Shown here piece after piece: positions 33,631 through 37,014 of a stretch of DNA of 37,014 nt. Both the position numbers and the translations under genes were made by a program. The stretch covers positions 1-37,014 of the forward strand of contig VEOV01000011.1 in NCBI GenBank assembly GCA_012026855.1, in the 5' to 3' direction. The DNA comes from Geobacter sp. (GTDB lineage Bacteria; Desulfobacterota; Desulfuromonadia; Geobacterales; DSM-12255). How positions within the stretch are numbered: position 1 is the stretch's first letter; each line of letters begins with the position of its first letter. The notes below the pieces were generated by a model that was not told where the DNA came from, searched no databases, and worked only from the letters and a program-made list of their open reading frames with translations.

Positions 33631-36201
33631 TTACTCGGAATCGACAATCTCGGCTTCACCCAGTTCATCAATCAGCTCGTCATCTTCTCCGCCCTCTTCC
33701 TGATCATCCTTTTCAGCCAGTTTGGCAACTGCCACGATCCGCTCTTCAGTCTCTGTCACCATGAGACGGACCCCTTGAGTGTTCCTGCCGATGATGGAGA
33801 AGCCGGCAACCGGCACGCGCAGTATTTTCCCCTGATCCGAGATCAGCATCATGTCGTTCTCGTCAGTCACCTGCTTGATGCCTACCACACAACCGTTTCT
33901 GTCGGTTGTCTTGATGGTGATGACCCCTTTGCCGCCGCGGCTCTGGGCGCGATATTCACCCAGCTCGGTCCGCTTGCCGAAGCCGTTCTCGGTGACCGTG
34001 AAGATGGTTGAACCGGTCAGATCATTGACGATCTCCATGCCGATGACAACATCATCATCCTCAAGGGTCATGCCCCGCACACCACGGGTTACGCGCCCCT
34101 GGGGACGGGCATCCTCCTCGCTGAAGCGGATCGACTTGCCGTTCCTGGATGCAAGCAGTACGTCCTGCTTGCCGTCTGTCAGGGCTACTTCAATCAGTTT
34201 GTCGCCTTCGTCGAGATTGACCGCCAGAATGCCGCCGGCTCTCGGGTGGGAGTACTCCAGCAGCGGCGTCTTCTTGACCACACCCTGGCGGGTCGCCATC
34301 ATGATAAACTTGTCCTCGCTAAACTCACGCACCGAAAGGATGGCCGATACCTTCTCGTCCTGGGACAGGTTCAGCAGGTTGACAATCGCCTTGCCCCTGG
34401 TTGCCCGGCCACCTTCCGGCAGCTCATAAACCTTGAGCCAGTAAACCTTGCCGGCATCGGTAAAGAAGAGCAGGTAGTCCTTGGTGGAGGCGATGAAGAG
34501 GTGCTCGACAAAATCCTCGTCCTTGGTCTTGATGCCGGTCTTCCCTTTGCCGCCGCGGCGCTGGGCCCGGTAAAGGGAGACGGCGCTCCGCTTGATATAG
34601 CCGGTATGGGTAATGTTGACCACCATGTCCTCTTCGACGATGGTGTCTTCCAGGGTAATTTCGGCGGTCTGGGCAATGATTTCGGTACGGCGCGCATCAC
34701 CGAACTTCTCTTTTACCTCCAGCAGTTCGGTTTTGATAATCGCCAGAATCTCCTTCTCGGAGCCGAGAATCTCCTTCAACCGGTTGATAAAACGCAGTAC
34801 CTCGTTGTATTCGTCAACGATCTTCTCCCGCTCAAGCCCGGTCAGCCGGTGCAGCCTCATCTCCAGAATGGCCTGCGCCTGCAACTCCGACAGCTGGGTA
34901 GAGCCGCTGTAAGCGGCAGGAGCGGTTATCTGCATCCTGGCAAGCCAGGCCGGATCGGCAAACTTCCCGGCCATCAATCCTTCTTTGGCTTCAGCCGGGG
35001 TCTTGGATTCGCGAATCATTTCAATAACCGCATCCAGCCAGTCAAGGGCAATCTTCAGACCTTCGAGGATATGGGCCCTGGCCTCGGCCTTTTTCAGTTC
35101 GAAAATCGTCCGGCGGGTGACAATATCCTTACGATGGTCGATAAAGTGCCGAAGTGTCTCCTTCAGGGTCAGGATTTTCGGTCTGTTGCCGACAATGGCC
35201 AGCATGATGATGCCGAAGGAGGACTGCATCGCCGTCTGCTTGTAGAGCTGGTTCAACAGAACCTGCGGATTTTCGTCCTTTTTCAGCTCGATTACAATCC
35301 GCATGCCGTCCCGGTCCGATTCATCGCGCAAGTCGGAGATCCCTTCCAGCTTTTTCTCTCTTACCAGTTCGGCTATTTTTTCGATCAGTCTCGCCTTGTT
35401 CACCTGATAAGGAATCTCGGTAACAATGATCGACTCGCGCTCGCTCTTCTTCTGCTTTTCAATGCGCGCCCTTGCCCGCATCTGGATGATGCCGCGACCG
35501 GTGCGATAGGCGGAGATAATCCCCTCGCGACCATAGATGAAGCCGGCCGTAGGGAAATCCGGACCGGTAATGATGGTCATCAGATCTTCCAGAGGAATTG
35601 CCGGGTCTTCTATGGTGGCAATGACACCATCAACCACTTCACTGAGGTTGTGGGGCGGAATATTGGTTGCCATACCAACGGCAATACCGGATGAGCCGTT
35701 GACCAGGAGATTGGGAATCTTGGATGGGAGTACCAGCGGCTCCTGCAGGGAGTCATCATAGTTCGCTCCCATATCCACCGTCTCTTTATCCAGATCAACC
35801 AGCATCTCGTGGGCCAGCCTGGACATCCTGATTTCGGTGTAACGCATGGCAGCTGGTGAGTCGCCGTCAACGGAGCCGAAGTTCCCCTGGCCGTCCACCA
35901 TTGGGTAGCGGAGGGAAAAATCCTGGGCCATCCGAACAATGGTGTCATAGGCGGCGGTATCGCCATGGGGATGATACTTACCGATAACGTCACCGACGAC
36001 CCTGGCCGATTTTTTGTACGGCTTGTTGTAGTCGTTCCCCATGTCGTACATGGCATAGAGACAGCGCCGGTGCACCGGCTTGAAGCCGTCCCGCACGTCG
36101 GGGAGCGCCCGGCCGATGATGACCGACATGGCATAGTCCATGTAGGACTTTTTCATTTCATCTTCAATATTTACCGAAATCTTGTTTGTCTGGTTGAGCA
36201 T
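33631..36201 (-). CDS. gyrA: DNA gyrase subunit A
   Basis: [27 protein letters not shown] is present, along with the QRDR-type segment [17 protein letters not shown]. The catalytic Tyr context is [11 protein letters not shown]-terminal beta-pinwheel repeats, a GyrA box (QRRGGKG) and an acidic tail are present. Confidence 0.97.
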   Translation of the reverse strand: MLNQTNKISVNIEDEMKKSYMDYAMSVIIGRALPDVRDGFKPVHRRCLYAMYDMGNDYNKPYKKSARVVGDVIGKYHPHGDTAAYDTIVRMAQDFSLRYPMVDGQGNFGSVDGDSPAAMRYTEIRMSRLAHEMLVDLDKETVDMGANYDDSLQEPLVLPSKIPNLLVNGSSGIAVGMATNIPPHNLSEVVDGVIATIEDPAIPLEDLMTIITGPDFPTAGFIYGREGIISAYRTGRGIIQMRARARIEKQKKSERESIIVTEIPYQVNKARLIEKIAELVREKKLEGISDLRDESDRDGMRIVIELKKDENPQVLLNQLYKQTAMQSSFGIIMLAIVGNRPKILTLKETLRHFIDHRKDIVTRRTIFELKKAEARAHILEGLKIALDWLDAVIEMIRESKTPAEAKEGLMAGKFADPAWLARMQITAPAAYSGSTQLSELQAQAILEMRLHRLTGLEREKIVDEYNEVLRFINRLKEILGSEKEILAIIKTELLEVKEKFGDARRTEIIAQTAEITLEDTIVEEDMVVNITHTGYIKRSAVSLYRAQRRGGKGKTGIKTKDEDFVEHLFIASTKDYLLFFTDAGKVYWLKVYELPEGGRATRGKAIVNLLNLSQDEKVSAILSVREFSEDKFIMMATRQGVVKKTPLLEYSHPRAGGILAVNLDEGDKLIEVALTDGKQDVLLASRNGKSIRFSEEDARPQGRVTRGVRGMTLEDDDVVIGMEIVNDLTGSTIFTVTENGFGKRTELGEYRAQSRGGKGVITIKTTDRNGCVVGIKQVTDENDMMLISDQGKILRVPVAGFSIIGRNTQGVRLMVTETEERIVAVAKLAEKDDQEEGGEDDELIDELGEAEIVDSE

Positions 36202-36225
36202 ACGTAACCTTTATAATTTCAATTA

Positions 36226-37014
36226 TTAGATATCCAGATTTGAAACATTGAGGGCATTTTTCTCGATAAAATCACGCCTTGGTTCAACCTGATCCCCCAT
36301 CAGAACGGTAAAGATCTCTTCCGCTTCCACCATATCCTCGATCTTTACCTGCAGGAGCAACCGGTTGTCCTGGTGCATGGTTGTCTCCCAGAGCTGCTCC
36401 GGGTTCATCTCGCCAAGACCTTTGTAGCGCTGGATGTAGAGCCCTTTCTTGGCAGTATCAAGGAAAAAGGCGAGCAACTCTTCACAGCTTTCCGTAACCA
36501 GCAGCTCTTTACCTTCCGAGGTCACTACGGCAGCTGCAGATCCAAGACTGTAGCGCATTTTTTTGCTGTTCTCGAAGAGCAGCGTATACTCATGGGCGGC
36601 AAGCAGGTCAAGGGTGTGCCGATCAAGCCTGATCCTCAAGTTGCCCAGCTTTACAACTGCCCTTTTTTCCGTAATATCGTATTCAAAATCAGTTCTCAGA
36701 CCTTTGATCTTCTCGAAAACCGGCGTAAGATCGGCAAACTCTTCAAACACTTCCTTGGCATTTACCGCTATGAAGAGCCTCAGCAGCTCCTCGTTAAATC
36801 CTTTTCTGACGACCTTTTCGAAGACTGACATGTAATCGATCACCTGACGCAGCACCGGTATTATCTGCTTTCCGCGCAGGGTTCGCTCACCATTGTCCAG
36901 GGTCAGGTTCATATTGTCTGTCCCTTCTTCAAGCAGGTAGCCCTGCAGGGCCGCCTCGTTTTTCAGATACTGCTCCTTCTTCCCCCGCTTGATTTTGTAG
37001 AGCGGCGGCTGGGC
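36226..37014 (-). CDS. gyrB: DNA gyrase subunit B (C-terminal part; 5' end outside the window)
   Basis: The frame stays open beyond the listed Met to the window edge. Bases 37014-36913 read [34 protein letters not shown] on the minus strand. The Gram-negative-type insertion is present, followed by [19 protein letters not shown] and [23 protein letters not shown]. Confidence 0.97.
   Translation of the reverse strand, partial: AQPPLYKIKRGKKEQYLKNEAALQGYLLEEGTDNMNLTLDNGERTLRGKQIIPVLRQVIDYMSVFEKVVRKGFNEELLRLFIAVNAKEVFEEFADLTPVFEKIKGLRTDFEYDITEKRAVVKLGNLRIRLDRHTLDLLAAHEYTLLFENSKKMRYSLGSAAAVVTSEGKELLVTESCEELLAFFLDTAKKGLYIQRYKGLGEMNPEQLWETTMHQDNRLLLQVKIEDMVEAEEIFTVLMGDQVEPRRDFIEKNALNVSNLDI

Noticed and set aside
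33070-35694. Long plus-strand ORFs (33070-34011, 33851-34429, 34246-35694) opposite gyrA and the 518-aa gene
   Set aside because: They are antisense shadow frames of strongly supported genes, and no motifs are present.
1-37014. Scan for CRISPR arrays, IS or transposon ends, prophage or defence-system genes, and rRNA
   Set aside because: No regularly spaced repeats, transposase or integrase ORFs, nuclease/helicase/ATPase defence-type gene clusters or rRNA-like sequence were seen. The scan was by eye, so short or degenerate repeats could have been missed.

Overview
This window is a densely coding chromosomal segment and is mostly core genome. Gene content suggests a Desulfuromonadales or Geobacter-like deltaproteobacterium: many HD-GYP, HEAT-repeat and PAS/GAF kinase genes, plus a gyrB-gyrA-unknown-gpsA arrangement. 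That assignment is inference only. The left two thirds (1-21612) carry housekeeping genes: ileS (5' truncated) and lspA, tatD-family and tcdA genes, radA, dksA, tRNA-Ala(CGC) and tam. Interspersed with them are two orphan sensor kinases, a MocR regulator divergent from a DUF2917 gene, an orphan fabH, a CheR-like methyltransferase and a HEAT-repeat/HD-GYP gene pair. The right third (21970-37014) is one uninterrupted minus-strand array of 11 genes with very small gaps or overlaps. In transcription order it reads gyrB (5' truncated), gyrA, unknown 518-aa protein, gpsA, sensor kinase, REC-PAS-kinase hybrid, GT-C/TPR membrane protein, GAF-HD-GYP, radical SAM/SPASM, hemE, slyX. I saw no CRISPR array, transposase or IS element, integrase, prophage gene or recognisable defence gene, and no rRNA. 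I cannot point to a clearly new system. The best candidates for under-described biology are these five. (1) The four-gene kinase / hybrid kinase / GT-C / HD-GYP module, whose first kinase has a degenerate ATP-lid G1 box. (2) The HEAT-repeat plus HD-GYP pair, which shares a homologous N-terminal module. (3) The unknown protein translationally coupled between gyrA and gpsA. (4) An orphan small transcription unit with a 20-codon ORF in an unusually long convergent intergenic region. (5) A NirJ/AhbD-like radical SAM gene coupled to hemE. All calls rest on reading the sequence and the ORF translations; no database search was possible.
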